Positions 25,701 through 40,088 are shown, counted from the first letter of the stretch. The stretch is DNA of 64,000 nucleotides from Antedon mediterranea (GCF_964355755.1 NC_092670.1:11146795-11210794); one strand, 5' to 3'. Made by a program: numbers and translations. Notes: generated by a model from the sequence alone, not told the origin.

Positions 25701-28700
25701 CCTATAGAACCTTTCTTGAGCCATCTCCACTCGCTGGCTTCTATATCCACTAGATTTTGATCCAGGCAGCATCTGTAAGGCTATCTGATCCAGATCATCT
25801 TTGCTGTACAATCCAGGGCAAGTGCCTGGAATGAATAAATAAAATAAAAAAAGGTACATAAAGCAGTTAGCAGTACAAAGAAATATTCATAGAATGTGAA
25901 TGTTGGCTAAAATTAAAGATAGAGATTTATCAAACTATGCAATTTTGCCAACCTCTGCAACTGCCTTTATATCACCAATTTCTTTTTAATCATGACAGCA
26001 AGAGATCAAATTGTGTAGCAGAGATATAATACTCTATAGTAAATCAAATATTTTCTTTTGCCATACTACAGTAATACAGCGGTACCAATTGTTAGTAGTA
26101 TTGATTAATAAAAATTAATATCAAACTAAAGGTTAAACATATTACCTTCTTTCATTAGTGCTGTAAGATCAAATAAAGCTTGATCTGTAGGCTTACAGCT
26201 GACAAGCAATACAGAAGGTTTTCCTGCCAAACCAGCAACTGCACATGCCTTCTTTATGGCTTCACGGACCCTTACAGAATGGTCCTTTGTTGGAGAATTG
26301 GGCTTAGGTTCAAACATCTTAAACTTAGCTGCAGAAGCAGCAAGTCTAGTTAAGCTTGCACGTCCAGTCCCTCGTGCCTGTCCAATTAATAATGCATTGC
26401 CACCTTGCGTTCCCTGAAAGAAATTTCTTTCATGGTAATCAGAGCGGTCTTATGAAATTACAATTTGACAAAGCTCCTAAAACACGTCTTTTTCTTGTTT
26501 AAGTAACTCTTTCAGGTTTCCATTCTGTTAAACAATTTCAATCTTGCAAAAGCACTATATAATTGCAACATACCAAACTTGTGCAAATACTTGTATTGTA
26601 TCTGCTTAAAGTATGTACAGAGAGGTACAGAACTGTTATCACACTTTTCAAACCATCCCTCCTCAAATCAAAATCAATGAAATGCAACTTTCAGTTTAGA
26701 CAAAAAAAAAGTACTCCAGAATTTGTGGTCACCAATGCAAGAGGTAACCAGCCTGGGAAGGTGAGCATGAGGATTGCTCTAAACAATCTGAAAGTCACAT
26801 AAATCAAAAGAATATAAATCCCTACCAACATTCTTGTCAATTTGGCTATATGTCGCAAAGTCTCATCAAAGAAAACAAGTTCCATTGGCTGATTGGCACC
26901 TTCGTTGTATAGATTTATACATTTCTGCAATCCATGTTGTATCTGACCTGGGTTGACCTCACCATAACCAGTAGCTGAAATAGAAAACGAATGCATATTG
27001 GTAACTTATAATTTAATTATTATATTTATGGCTGTGCATTATATTGAAAAAGTAAACTAAATTATATAAACAATTAAGAAAATAAATAATAATGATAAAA
27101 CCTTACTTTTATCAGAATCTCTTCTTGCATCAATGTTTATGAACTTTGTGAACAGGACAGAGGATAATTTTTCATCGCTAGAACAGATCTGAGAGTAAAA
27201 AAGGATTACTTTGTTGATTGGTAAGTTTTATTGTTAAAGTTTAGCGTTTTATTGTTGATTGATTGATATCCCTTTCCTATCAATTGTTTACATATCAGTG
27301 ATGTTATGTGATTATCCCTTTTTTTTTTACAAAATCAGTGAATTCTGATAGCTCTACGCAATTCAACGCAACTTGCTGGAAAACAGGCTTAAATAACCAT
27401 CATTTCAATTCATTGCTTATGAATTGAATAGAAACTGCTTACCTGGTGCATGGGGATAAGGGGTCCATTGAACTGCTGGTCTATTGTAAATGCATCCCCA
27501 ATAAGTCCAGGCTTAAATGTCACACCCTTCTTCTCCTTTGATGACTTTCTAGAAGAGGATTTGGTCATGTCCTTACGGATAGGTGTTAAAGGTACAGAGC
27601 TGCTTTGCTCTGCTAAAGATGTGACAGTTGGCTTTGGTATGTCAAAGTTTGCCAAGTTTGGTTGGGTATCATTATCGTCGCCAGTTTCTACAAGAAATAT
27701 CAAATTTAACTATGAAACAATTTTACTTTTTTAAGAAGTGGTAATGTTTTTTTTTATATTTTTCATCAATTTAAATGCAAACTAAAAAAAAAAAGATCGA
27801 CTGAGATTGTATGAATTTATTTAATGAATGTACAGCAGAACATTGGGGTGTTTCAAGATGGTTGAATTTGTTGTTCAATAAAAAAATTAACACACAGTCC
27901 CAAAAGCGCTTTCTAATTGGAATACTTTAATTTGGGATACTTAAATATTTATCTCACCAGAAAATTCCACCACTACAGTCTTGCCTCCAGATTTCTCTAT
28001 TACACAACCTGCATCTTCTAGTTGTGAATCACAAGGTACTGTAGAAGAAGTTGTCAGCGATGACCTGTCTGGTTCTGGAGAGGTTTCCTTTGCCGCAACG
28101 TTCTCAGAAGTTTCTGAAGCATCGTCCTGGTCCATGAATGTTGCAGATGTCAAGGTAGTGACTGCAGAGATGCTTGCTAAAATGTCAAAAGAAGGTTCAC
28201 GTAGTTAACAGAAATCAATCAATCAACTTTATTTCTATCAATATGAATACAAAAAGTAAATTGCTTGTTGTACCACCACCTTGAAATACATATGATAATA
28301 AGGAACAATTGAATGGCAGCCCTTCGATGTTAAGGAAAAAAGTTTGATTAATTTGGATGGCTTTATGTCTATGTCATGCATCAGAAAAAGTACAAAAAAG
28401 TAAGGACAAGGGTCAGAGTTGGATTCCAGAATGTCTAGCCTATTAGACATTTACTTTGGTTGTGATCAACGTCAGTTTAGAGTTAATTGTCCTTTGAGGT
28501 TTACTTACAGTCATTGGATGATTCTTGCTCCGTAGAATCTGAAACAGAAGATGGAGTCCAAGGATTGTCAGTACCAGGAGTACTTGTACACTTAGAAGAA
28601 GTCATATCATCATCTCCAGCTTCCTCTTCATCACTATTAGCTACCTGTAAAAAAAAGAACAGATTTTCAAACTGGTTATTTTATTTTAAAGAGAGTGGGG

Positions 28701-31700
28701 GTGGAGGAGGGCGAGGAGTGGAGACATTGGATAATACCAAATATATGGTGGCTTGTTAGCATATTATTCATGTTAAGTTTCAGACTGCCATCTCTAGCTA
28801 TGTCTGGCCGAGATGCTTACTGTCCTTTATGATAAATACATAACACTGAAGAATGCCTGGTTTTAGCTATAAAAGTTACATACATTTCTAATTAAAGTAT
28901 ACTGAGACATAAACATATTACTGTCAGGATGTGCTATATACAATACATAATAATAATAATATTGGAATACAAAACCAATACAAAACCAATGCAAAAACAT
29001 AAAATGTAACAAGAATGCAAAGCACAAACACACAATGCAATAAATTGTGTAGATTAAATTTCTACAATTATGGACTCTAATTTTCTGATAATCATAGACA
29101 TAGCACAATAAATCTTCAAATCTTTATTTTTAGATCAAAGAAGAAATGTAAATTAGAGATGTCTTTGTAGAATTAAATTAGATATACTGTTTGTATAATA
29201 TCAAGAAAACAACCGCACAATCCACATCAAACAAGAGGTACAATGGTAAATTTAGTAGTAAGTGTTAAAAAGAATTAAACAATTATATAATTAAATTAGC
29301 TCTACTCTTTGTATAACATCAAGAAAACAACCGCACAATCCACATCAAACAAGAGGTACAAGGGTAAATATAGTATTAAGTGTTAAGAAGAATTAAACAA
29401 TTATATAATTAAATTAGCTATACTGTTTGTATAATATCAAGAAAACAACCGCACAATCCACATCAAACAAGAGGTACGGTAAATATAGTATTAAGTGTGT
29501 AGGGTGTTTAAAATAGTGTGTAGAGGAGGGAAAGAAGTAGATAGGTAGGTAAATTATCAAATAGAATTATTCTTTATTATGGTTGTCTTATATCTGATAT
29601 ACAAATGTGTGTGTTGCTTGGGATAAAAACAAAAAGAGTATTGAAACTTGTATGCATGCAACAATTACACTATGATACATACATAGCCATATAGCTTATA
29701 TTCAACACAACATGTTTAGTAAAAGTCATAAAGCAAGATCAAAGTATATTGATCGAAACGTCAAGAAACTCAACAGTTCTTTTCAGAAAAAACTTTACAT
29801 CAACATATTGATTTCGCATGCAAACCTTCAAACAAAAGTCATAATGCATTGAATCATTGAGGTACTTATTTGATAATTTACAGTAAGTAAGGGTAGATAA
29901 GCACGGGTTAACACTACCAATACACAACTATGACAAATTATAGTTTTCTTTTGTCTTGACTTACAACAGGTGATTCACACACAAAGCCAGGAGAATTGGC
30001 TTTCGATGCTTCAGAAAGAGTGGGAGACAAAATCTCATCTGTCTAAAAACAACATAATGTGAACACAGTGTTTATTCATAAATATGTGTGTGTGTGTGAA
30101 CAAGAGAATGGTGTGTCAAACAATTAAACAATTATTAGAATTAATCAAAATATCACAGTGTAGACAAATTATATTTTAAATATTTAAAAATAATACAGTG
30201 TATTTGTCTATGTAGACAAAAACTATTTTATGCAAGAGTAATAACAAAGAAAACAGAAATTCGTATGGAGAAATCTAAACGAACGAATTGGGTCAGGTTT
30301 ATAACTCCATGATTGGGCATAAACTGTACTAACATTTTCACAACCATGCACTAACAACATCTAGTTTGAGAGAACCCTGATACATTGGGTGGACTGTTTG
30401 TAACCGATGTTCAAAGCCTTCAACAACATTTCTTCCTGATGCATTTTGGGCCAGAATGGTTTTTCAGAAAGCAAACTGTACTTGTATTATACATTATACA
30501 TTTTGGAATATTTGTTGGAGAGACACACCTTACCGGTGACAGCGTTTTGTTTAATGCTTTTGTCTCTCCTTGGCTTCGTGTCTTGTATTTCATATATATA
30601 TATATATATATATTTCTATGTTTTTTGTAATTATTATTTTATGTTTATTGCCGAAATGAATAAAAAAAAAAAAAAAAAATACTGGCGGTGCTGTTTATTG
30701 ACTTACTTGGATATCTTCTGCAATACTAATCATACCAGGGTTCGTTTCCCCAGAACAAAAATGTTTCTCTACCACCTGATGTAAAGTATCATTGTACCAA
30801 TCAAAATCTAAAGAAATAAAGTAATGTACAATAAATAAATGGAATGTTCTATTGTTCAAAAGGGGTGTTCTAACTTTTTGAAGGAAGGCAATAATAATAA
30901 TTTTATCTAGGTATTATGAATTTATAATAAAAACCTAAATAAAAAAAAATTCAAATTTAGGAATGTAATTTTTACTTTTTTTTGCCTTTTTTGGTTTTAA
31001 AAATATATTTTGTTTACTGTACTCACCATCTTCTGTTACTAGTCTATCAGCAAATGTTCTGGTGGCTTCATGACACCAAAGCCTGACAACCATTCTCATC
31101 ATTGGGGGCACTGAAAAAGCCTCAACTCTTCTGGATTTTCTTCTTCCATAATTTCCTTAAATATTACATCAAATTAAAAAACTTTAATAAATAGCAAGTT
31201 TTTTAGCTTGACTTATTTCAAGACACTAATTAAAGAAAATTGAAAATTATTCACACAAAACCATGCCCATGGGAAAATAGAAAACAAGAGTTGAAACAAT
31301 TGAAAACACAAAGTCAAACTTAAACAGTAGTGATAAATTTACCATACCTGCTAGTGATCTTTGATGTCCATGTCTAGGCCTTCCTCTTGTTCTAGCTGAC
31401 AGCAAATACATACTTTGAACTACCTTACCAATGTCATGCAAGGAAAAGGTATAGTGTGGGTTGAGAGGGCTTAGAGAAAACTGTTTCCTCACAGCGGAAT
31501 ATAAGTCTTGAGAGGCTGAGAGTATGGCCTATAAAATAGATTCATACTTATTACATTTTAACACTTTTTTCCACTTTATTATACATATACATACAGAAGT
31601 TGTAAGAACCCAAACATATTTTTTTTTAGAATTATATTAAAAACGGCAAAACAAAGAGCAATCACCACCACTGCCATTGCACAACCAACATCACCATACT

Positions 31701-33164
31701 GCCACCACCATCATCACTGTCATTACAAACAACCAACATCACCAGACTGCCACCACAAGATACTTCATTATTTATAAAGGACTGCCATCCATAACCAACA
31801 TAAATGCTACAGCCATAGCTATGTCATACTGCCACATACCTGAACATAAATGTCACTACTCCCAACAAATTTCAATGAATTTTAAAGGAAAAAAACAAAG
31901 ACCGATAACAAAATAGTTTATTACAAACCTGAGCTAACTCATGGTGTCTGTTTAACGAGTAAGCAGGAAATTCTTCCAACCAAGCCTGCATGGTAGAACT
32001 ATATAACTTGCTGTATGAATCATGAGATAACGCAAAAAAGTTCAACACGCTGAAAAGTCGTGTAATGCGTGGAGAAAGCACATTTGTACACAATCCGCTA
32101 CCAATGCCGGCTGATCCAGGAGCGTTGCAAGCAGCAATGAAGTTAGCTCTCTCCATAGGTTGGAAGGTGTTACGTGACCTGTGGTAAATACCTTCACAGT
32201 TGATTAACTGCCGAACTAGTTCTAGACAAGGCTGTTCTCCTAAGTTAGGAAATATAGAAATCAGCATTTACTTGAAATGGTAAAATGGTAAAAGTTTATA
32301 TACTTATATAATTCTCCTAAATCATTTAAAAAAAAATAAAAATGAAAAGTTGGCCAGCGAGGTTCAGGGCTTTGAATGAAATGTGTGCAAACATTTTCAG
32401 TAAGTTGAAAATATTTGAAGGCCTTACAAATTTGAACAATGTGCCAGTGCTTAGTTAGCGCATATTTCTGCATGTTTTCCTGAATCATAAATGCACAAGT
32501 TGCAGACCATGTGATTATTGCAAGTAGGCCAAAATGACCACTGACCAATGATGGCCACAATTCCATCATTCGGCCTGATAAACAACCTGAATAAGTCGTG
32601 AAATGTTGCTGTTTACTAAACAAATGTGAATCACAAATTGGATGGTTCAACGTTGTGTACTAAACAAGTCCATTAGGCGCTATATAAATCCAAGATATTA
32701 TTATTATATTAGTTAATTATATTTATACTACCTGGATGAATGACAATATCCATATCCAATTAAAGTAGCCTGTGGTTCCCACTTGCTAGTAATTTGACCA
32801 AACACAACAGGATGGATCATCCAAATTTTTGCTTGCAAAACTCTTATGTTGTGCATATGTCTTGCGTTGCGCCGAAGTAGAAACCAAGCTTGTGTTACTA
32901 GTTTTAAACTGGAATGCATTTTTCCACAATTTATTTCATAATTATTGAAATTTTATTCTTACCAGTTTTTTTCTTTTTAGGACAGCAATTGAGATCATCT
33001 ATAAATATAATGTTGCTCTGTTTGTTTATTTTACCAGTGCTGATGGAGGAATTAGCTTGGTTCTTAGTTTGCAACTTGCTTACAACGAACTCTTCAAATT
33101 GTCTGCATGAAAACTTATCTGAAAATGTTGTCTTTACAAAGTAATGTCTCGGCTGAACTAAGTT
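10744..33164 (-). CDS. DNHD1: Dynein heavy chain domain-containing protein 1-like, 3' part (AAA3 to C-terminus), 5' incomplete
   Basis: Phase-consistent GT-AG exons: 33164-32963, 32239-31929, 31528-31348, 31155-31027, 30807-30707, 30042-29965, 28644-28509, 28176-27958, 27687-27443, 27188-27107, 26974-26826, 26413-26146, 25825-25655, 25559-25399, 25251-25048, 24883-24713, 24251-24156, 24011-23866, 23580-23307, 23158-23036, 22934-22653, 22479-22308, 22114-21908, 21163-20992, 20660-20278, 19833-19649, 19298-18738, 18460-18359, 17815-17714, 17544-17406, 17011-16797, 16203-16089, 15236-15097, 14110-14013, 13907-13715, 13188-13004, 12452-11915, 11079-10744 (TGA). Dynein motifs: FIDDLN, PHYTFSLHDI, RLWCHEATRTFADRL, WPLLLDPDQQ, GHWLVLNNCHL, VYGGHVT, KCPVY. 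Degenerate AAA4 (GQARGTGRAS, GTCPGLYSKDDLDQI) and long acidic inserts resemble recalled DNHD1. Dynein family is secure, the DNHD1 symbol less so. Confidence 0.8.
11470..11790. mobile_element. Non-autonomous element with a long terminal hairpin (Crypton-like architecture, tentative)
   Basis: 11623..11785 folds into a stem of about 75 bp (acaaataatgaatg...aaaggttatatcaac / gttgatataacctttc...cattcattatttgt) around ctcggctttgcctcg. Confidence 0.55.
14378..14734. repeat. 73-bp tandem repeat, about 5 copies
   Basis: aaaaggttcatc at 14431, 14504, 14577, 14650 and 14723. Confidence 0.95.
21651..21855. mobile_element. Small MITE with 39-bp perfect inverted ends
   Basis: taagtatattgaaaatattcttttttccaaaccaataat and its reverse complement ending at 21855. 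Confidence 0.8.
29172..29497. repeat. 118-bp tandem repeat, about 3 copies
   Basis: caagaaaacaaccgcacaatccacatcaaacaagaggtac at 29202, 29320 and 29438. Confidence 0.95.
29750..29836. mobile_element. Penelope-like terminal repeat remnant; related copy at 45915..46040
   Basis: Shared agaaactcaacagtt.ttttcagaa...catgcaaaccttcaaacaaaa. The cgaaacgtc motif is typical of Penelope repeats. Confidence 0.5.
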
Positions 33165-34227
33165 CTGTTTACAAAGAGAAAAATGACAATTATCAATTTA
33201 GTTATTTTTCTTTCACAAATGGAAACATTTTAGAATTAATACCATTATAATTTAAACAAAACAATAAATCATTCATTTTTTAAATTTATATTAACCCTAT
33301 AAATTTATGTTATTAAATCTTAAATACACGTTCCCAATTAAAGACCATTTTTGGACCATCTCTAATTGCATCTGCCCTTTATAATGAACTTTAAAAATTA
33401 CTTTTTTTATTGCTAGGAATGATCTGACAGGATCAGCTCAATAAGGAAAACCTCAATACAGAGCATGCAATAAGAATTACTTCCTAGGAATAAGCCGCTA
33501 GATTTCCCAACAAGAATCCTTAATACTTCAGTTACTATTTAAACAACAAATATATTAGCACAGATTATGAAAGGGAAATCCACAATAAATCCAGGACTTT
33601 TTAAAAAATTTTCTATGACCAGGATGAGATACTATAGGGTCATTCCATGTCAAATCACCCAATACCATGCATTTTTGTCTCAGATTCATTTTGTCAATTA
33701 TTCCTCAACTATTCAAATGAAAAAAACCAAAATTTCAGCAGGGCGTTGGAATAGATTTCACCATATTATGAATATGACACCAAAATAATGCTCACATTTT
33801 TTAGGCAATTTTTTTTGCTGAATGATGTCTTTTAAAATGGAAATAGGAAATACACAACAGTTTAACCTAAACATTTGGAATAAATCCAAGATAAAAGTGC
33901 TTCATTTATTTTATTATCAATACTAAAAATCAAAAAATTCCCTGCCCAACCACTAAACAATTAAAAGTATAAAGTTGAATTACTTCCAACATTTCTATTT
34001 ATTTCCTTAAAGGAATTAAGCATGGTTTGTTTAGCCATTGAGGAATTAAGGTTTAACCCGGATATATCCATGAAGGAGGAGGAAATAAATTAAATAACAC
34101 TAATTTAGTTTCTTCATGATAACCTAGTTTCAGGCCTATATATAGCTGGAGAGTTCGAGGATCTAACAGAGTTTCGACTAAGAAGGTAAAGCTGTCGTTT
34201 GTGTTGAAGAAGTTATAGTGTGACACA

Positions 34228-36309
34228 ATGAATTCCAGAGCTTTAGTAATTGGCGCCATGTTGGTTGTGCTAGGTACCACTACCAGTAAGCCAATTGGGG
34301 AACCTGAAAACCATGGATGCCCTTCAAGTAAGTGCAATGTTTATATTAAGACCGATCTCATACCAAACAGTTAGAACTGGATTATATGAAATAGCATTCT
34401 ATACAATCAGGTTATTCCTATAATGCCCTAGGTCAAAGAACATCAAACCTTTATTACCATTTACAAATTAGAAGTTAGTTTGGAAAGGGACCTTGAGTAT
34501 TGAAGCATATACCTGATCTAAATGTATGTCCAAAAAGTAAATAGAACAAATATTTGAATTGATTGTATCAACTTTCAGAAAAATGTTTTAGTCAGGACTG
34601 TGGAGAAATTTTGCAAAATGATCCTTCTGCTGAGAGTGGCGACTACTTGATACAGCCAAGTGATGGAAGACCAGAGTTTACTGTTTATTGTGAGATGAGG
34701 GAAGATGGTGGATGGACAGTAAGTACATAACATTTCTATTGATTTTTATACAAATGATTCAAAAATCCAAAGGCAAATTACTGAAAAAATGACAATGCTG
34801 TGGCATTTAGTCATTCTATCAGTGACTGGATTTCAATGGAGATACAAAATAAAATAAGCAAATAGCTAAATCAAAACGATAATATTCATTGTTGTTTAAA
34901 AATTCAATTCAGACAAAAGATGTATCATATAAAATTGTATTGTACAATTAAATCTGTGAGATCTAATTTCAATACAAAAGCCTCACTGACAAGGTAATTA
35001 ACTAAACCATTGACTCATTATATCATGGTTTTACCAAAATTCAACCACAACATTAAAAACTATATGATTAAAGTGCATGGTGAAAGTAATTCTGAATTTA
35101 CCCGGATTAGACTTTTTAGCCAACATGGTTAAAATGTATAAGAACCATGGTAAGATCTACTGGGCACTGAGTAGTTGGTAAAACTAACCATTAGTTTTGG
35201 TTAATGAAGGAATTGTAGCTAGCATTCTTATTAGACTTTTCTTAGCCAACTTTAGCAAAATTAAGTCCAGTCTGGCCATGTTTTAGATATGATAATTTTG
35301 AACAGGAAAAATGTGTGCATTCTGCAGAAAATGTTACAGTATAGTAAAGATTATTCTCAGTGGTTTTGTTCCATAACAATGACAGGATATGGTATTGGTC
35401 TGTTGAAAACTATTTCGCATTTCTAATAACATATCATTTAAATTTATTGGTTGATTTGATTGAAATTTATCAGGTGATACAACGAAGAGAGGATGGTTTG
35501 GTAAATTTCTACCGCAATTGGGCCGACTACAAAGAGGGTTTTGGAAATGTGCACTCAGAGTTCTGGCTTGGTAATGAACAGATCAACCGTATAACATCTG
35601 ATGGTGATTTTGAGCTCTTAGTAGAGATTACTGATCATACAAACGCTATGAAGAATGCAAGATATTCTCACTTTCGCATTGGTACTGAATGGTCTAACTA
35701 TACTCTCAGAATTAGTGGGTACACAGGAAGTGCAGGTGAGAAAATTACAAATTAATTTTATCAGGGATGCATTCAGTGGTAGGAATGGGAAAAGCTTTGA
35801 GGGAAATAAAAACAAAATAATTAAATAAAAAACTAAATTATTACTTTAAACTAAGCATTCACTCAAACCTGGGTGTGCTCCAACCAGAGTGTGGAAAAAA
35901 AACCCTGAAACACGATTCTAAAAAAACCTGAGTGTGAAACAACACCTAAAACCCAAGTTCGAAACAAAATAAGACCACTCTGAAACAAAACCTGAACTTA
36001 AAAAATGTCTCAAACCTGATATTTCTTTTGTTAGGTGACTCTATGGCATACCATAAAGACAGACCTTTTTCAACATACGACAGAGACAATGATGGAACGT
36101 CTAGTAAGAACTGTGCTGAAAACTCCCAAGCTGGTTGGTGGTTCAATAATTGTTACCACTCATCCCTGAATGGCCCTTACCTTACACCAGGTACAATTGC
36201 AGCTGCCAATTATGACAAAGGTATATTGTGGCATCATTTCAAGGGAACTAAATACAGCCATAAGATTACACTGATGATGGTTAAAAGAGCACCAAAAGGA
36301 GAACTTTAA
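34228..36309 (+). CDS. Secreted single fibrinogen-domain protein FReD-1 (ficolin/tachylectin-5/MFAP4-like), intact
   Basis: Exons 34228-34327 (MNSRALVIGAMLVVLGTTTS signal), 34579-34718, 35474-35735, 36035-36309; phases 1-0-1. Motifs: VYCEM..GGWTVIQRR, FYRNW..YKEGFG, EFWLGNE, FSTYDRDND, NCA..GWWFNNC..LNG. Confidence 0.93.
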
Positions 36310-38229
36310 CTATGTACAGTAGTAATTGTATAAAATATTCAGAGATAATCTATACTGGAAATTAATCAGTTAATTTACCTACTGACAACAAATAGTGCAA
36401 GAGAATGTTTTCAACATTTTAAATGATTTAGTAACTTTAGGTTTAGGTCACAATTTTAGTGAAATGTTATAATTATGTAAGTGAATTTTGCATGTGATTG
36501 CAATTGTTTGGAGTTAAGGGCATGAATAAAATATAAACTTAATGTGTTGTTTGTGTAATATTATTACTGTTCTTTCATTTGTGATGTTTCTTGTCTTAAA
36601 ATACATACCACACAGCATACATGTCAACATCTGAAGTTTAAAAAACGGGAGGTCAACAGCGCCCTCAATATGTTATTGAGAGGTATACGAGTGCAGTGTG
36701 TGACGTCACAAGCAGTATCGCGTGGTGGCTATGTAAGGGGAATCCCCTTTCCGTCAAGAAAAAAATTATTGAAAAAATTTATGACCCCAAATGGATGTAC
36801 ATAATAATTAATTCCTTCAAAATTACGTTTTCATATTATTTGATTCATTATCACATAACGAAGGAAATAAAATCCTATGCAACTCCCAGACAATTGAAAC
36901 AACAAAATAACTGCTTTCGACATGTGCTGTTTACTCTCCAAACGGAAGTAGTTATGAAAACTTCTAGTACCCTGCTGTGATTGAATTGGTAGTACTGAAA
37001 CCAAGATTTCATCCTGTTGTTGTAAAGGCCTATAAATAAAGAGACTTGTCAAGATCCAACACAGTCTTGGGCTAAGAAAGACCTGTATAGTTATATCGTG
37101 AGAGCAAGCTTCAAAGTCGGATACAGAATGTATTCCAGTTATTAGTCGCCTGTATGTTAGTTGAGAAGGCCATGAAAGTCATGGATGCCATTTAAGAAGT
37201 AAGTGGACAAACTTATTAATTTATTTATTCAACTTTGTTTTACAAGGGTAGCTCTAACAGCACTACAGCAAAATACAGCTTACTTTTATAGAATTTTTGT
37301 TTACCGTATTAAAAAAAAAAAATAAATTTACATGAAAAACTGTAATTTAAAGCAAAAATCATTATTTTTCTGTCCCTATGAAAGTGAACATCATTCAAAC
37401 TGCAAAATGGCCTATTCAAAGTTTGATTTATAAATCTTTATTTGTCATGATTTTGGGAGACAATACACTATCAAACTAGTTTGACAAAAAAAAGTGTGAT
37501 CTGCCAAAATATGGTAGTGATATGCCCAAAATGGTAATGATTTCCATATGGGCACATCACAGTTTGATGGTATAGACAGCTTAAGAAAGTATCTTAATGT
37601 TATCATTGAAGATGTATTGTCCCTTTGTCTACTTGAAAAAAAATTTAAATAAAAAGATTTCGAAAAAAAGTGGGTCATTTTAAAGTATCATAATAGTTAT
37701 TAACTTTCACCAAAAATTATTTAACTGAAATACAGATTTTTTTTGGTTCAAAAAATAACTTTGACTTCCAGTCAAAGTTTTTGATAAAAACATATCTCAT
37801 AATGCAATGAGCATATTTGGCTACTCTGTATGCATAATCATACAACTTCCTCGCAATCTGTGTAAAAACACCTTCTCAACCGTGATGAGTTGTAAACAAT
37901 ACTAATTTAGCATCATGCATAATGTATACTCATGGTTTGAAATCTTGGTTTACTTTCGCTCATGACTATTTTCCAGACGAAATGTAATCAAATTAATTTA
38001 GCTGTTAATTACGAAAAATTGTTGTTTTTGGCTTGAATTTTCGACATAAAGTGAATAACTTTAATATTAATTTGATATGGCCAATTAAAATTTAGTATAT
38101 TTTGACCTTCATTTTTTTGTATTTCAAGGGATAATAAATAAAAGTGATGTTTACCCTCTTTAGGAACACAATTAATTTTTTTTCATGGGTAAAAAATGGT
38201 AATTAAGAAATGGTAAAAAAAAAGGATAG

Positions 38230-38350
38230 GAAAATAATTGATGAAATAACCAAATACACTAACACAGCAACCTGGACGAGAATGGCATATGACAGAAGAA
38301 AATGGAAATTGTTAGAGGAAGGCTTCACCCATAGAGGAATAAAGTGTGAA
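38230..38350 (+). mobile_element. RTE-type LINE extreme 3' remnant
   Basis: WTRMAYDRRKWKLLEEGF resembles the W..A.DR..W C-terminal motif of RTE ORFs. Confidence 0.5.
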
Positions 38351-40088
38351 AATGATCATTTAAATTACTACATCAGAATCAGGTCATGCATAAGCTCCAA
38401 AAGATAATGAGGAAGGAGACGTGAAGTATTTTCTTTTGGCCTTAAAGAAGTAATAATGTTTCCTTGAAAATGTGCATCTCCTGCAGTTGAATAAATATGG
38501 AAAATCCAGACTACTCCCAAGAATTATAAAACAGGAATAATTGCTTCCAAATGTTGAATGTTTAATCTACTTTACAGAGGGATTAATGTTTCCTATTAGT
38601 ACACCTCTCCCTTGGTAAAGTACAATGTTTAACCCGGATTTATTATGGAGCTTATGGAGCATATATAAAGGAGACATAGCAGAACAAAAAATATTTCTAT
38701 TAGAAATTAGTTTGATACAGAATGAATTTAAAGATAGTAATTGGCTGTATGTTGGTTGTGTTGGCTGCCAGTCAAACAATAGCAGATACTGATGTATGCC
38801 CATCAAGAAGTAAGTAGTATTTTTATGTACAGTTGGTCTAGGTAAGGGAGAGAGCAAGAACGACTGACAGTATCTCAAAAGAGAATGTCACAATCTTGTA
38901 TTCTATTTTAATAGGAAATCAAAGCCTGTTGGCAATTGTATTTTGCCAAATTCCATTTTACTTTTCAGCACTAAAATTAATGTTATTTATCATTTGTATA
39001 ATGTATTCAATTATATTACAATCAGAGAGAAAACACAAACAATTTTGGTCAAGCAGTCAAGTCGTTTCAAAATGTTATATTTATTTTATATTTAAAAAAA
39101 CTTAAATTACTTTAATAGATAAGTGCCTTATCCGAGACTGTGGTGACATTTTGGAAAATGATCCTTCTGCTGTGAGTGGTGACTATTTAATACAGCCACA
39201 TGATAGAAGACCAGAGTTTATGGTCTACTGTGAAATGAGAGAAGATGGTAGATGGACAGTAAGTATAAGCAATGAAAAGTTAAATGCAGAGATTTCTTTT
39301 CTTCTATTACTGTAATTCATTATGAGAAGCTGAGAAATAATAAGTAATTTTTGAATTATTTTCCACAATTGATGAGTCTTAAAAAAAATGACGTGGCTTT
39401 TTAATATTTGCTTACTTCTTTTTTTAGACTATGCCACATTTAGACTAATTGTTAAACTTGATTAGTTTTTTAGTCCAGTTGTACAAAGATTCTATTCTTT
39501 ATCAGGTGATACAACGTAGAGAGGATGGTTCCGAAAATTTCTACCGCACTTGGACGGAATACAAAGAGGGGTTTGGAAATGTGCACTCAGAGTTCTGGCT
39601 TGGAAACGAACATATTCACCGTATAACAGCTGATGGAAACTTCGAGCTCTTAATAGAGTTAACTGATCACTTAAATGTAATGAAGATTGCTAGATATTCT
39701 CACTTTCGTGTTGGTAGTGAGAGGTCTGGTTATACTATGATAAACAGTGGATACACAGGAACAGCAGGTTAGTATAATGCAATCATTTTACACATCCCAC
39801 AGTAAACACAAAATTAAAATTGATATCTAGTTGGGTAGGAAATGTACTGAACATATTAGAAATACTACTCCCATACTGTAATGTAATTAAAAATCTTTTA
39901 TAATATTGTTAAACAAACATTATATGGCTAATTAAATATTATATATTACAACACACCTAAGTAGATACTTACATCTTGGAATGGAGAATTGTGGGCCACG
40001 TATGAGACATAATAGGTACTACTCAGAACTGTAAGCATATATGCATCATGTCATAGGATGATCAACATTTTGACCCTGTGTACGCCTA

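Noticed and set aside
27450-28759. Plus-strand ORFs 27450, 27981 and 28487
   Set aside because: Antisense shadows of dynein exons.
29735-29770. Possible hammerhead ribozyme in the Penelope-like remnant (cgaaacgtc)
   Set aside because: The required upstream CUGANGA core is not present; at best a decayed motif.
32728-32919. ORF between two dynein exons as an extra exon
   Set aside because: Overlaps a degenerate copy of the MITE at 60164; the flanking exons already join in phase.
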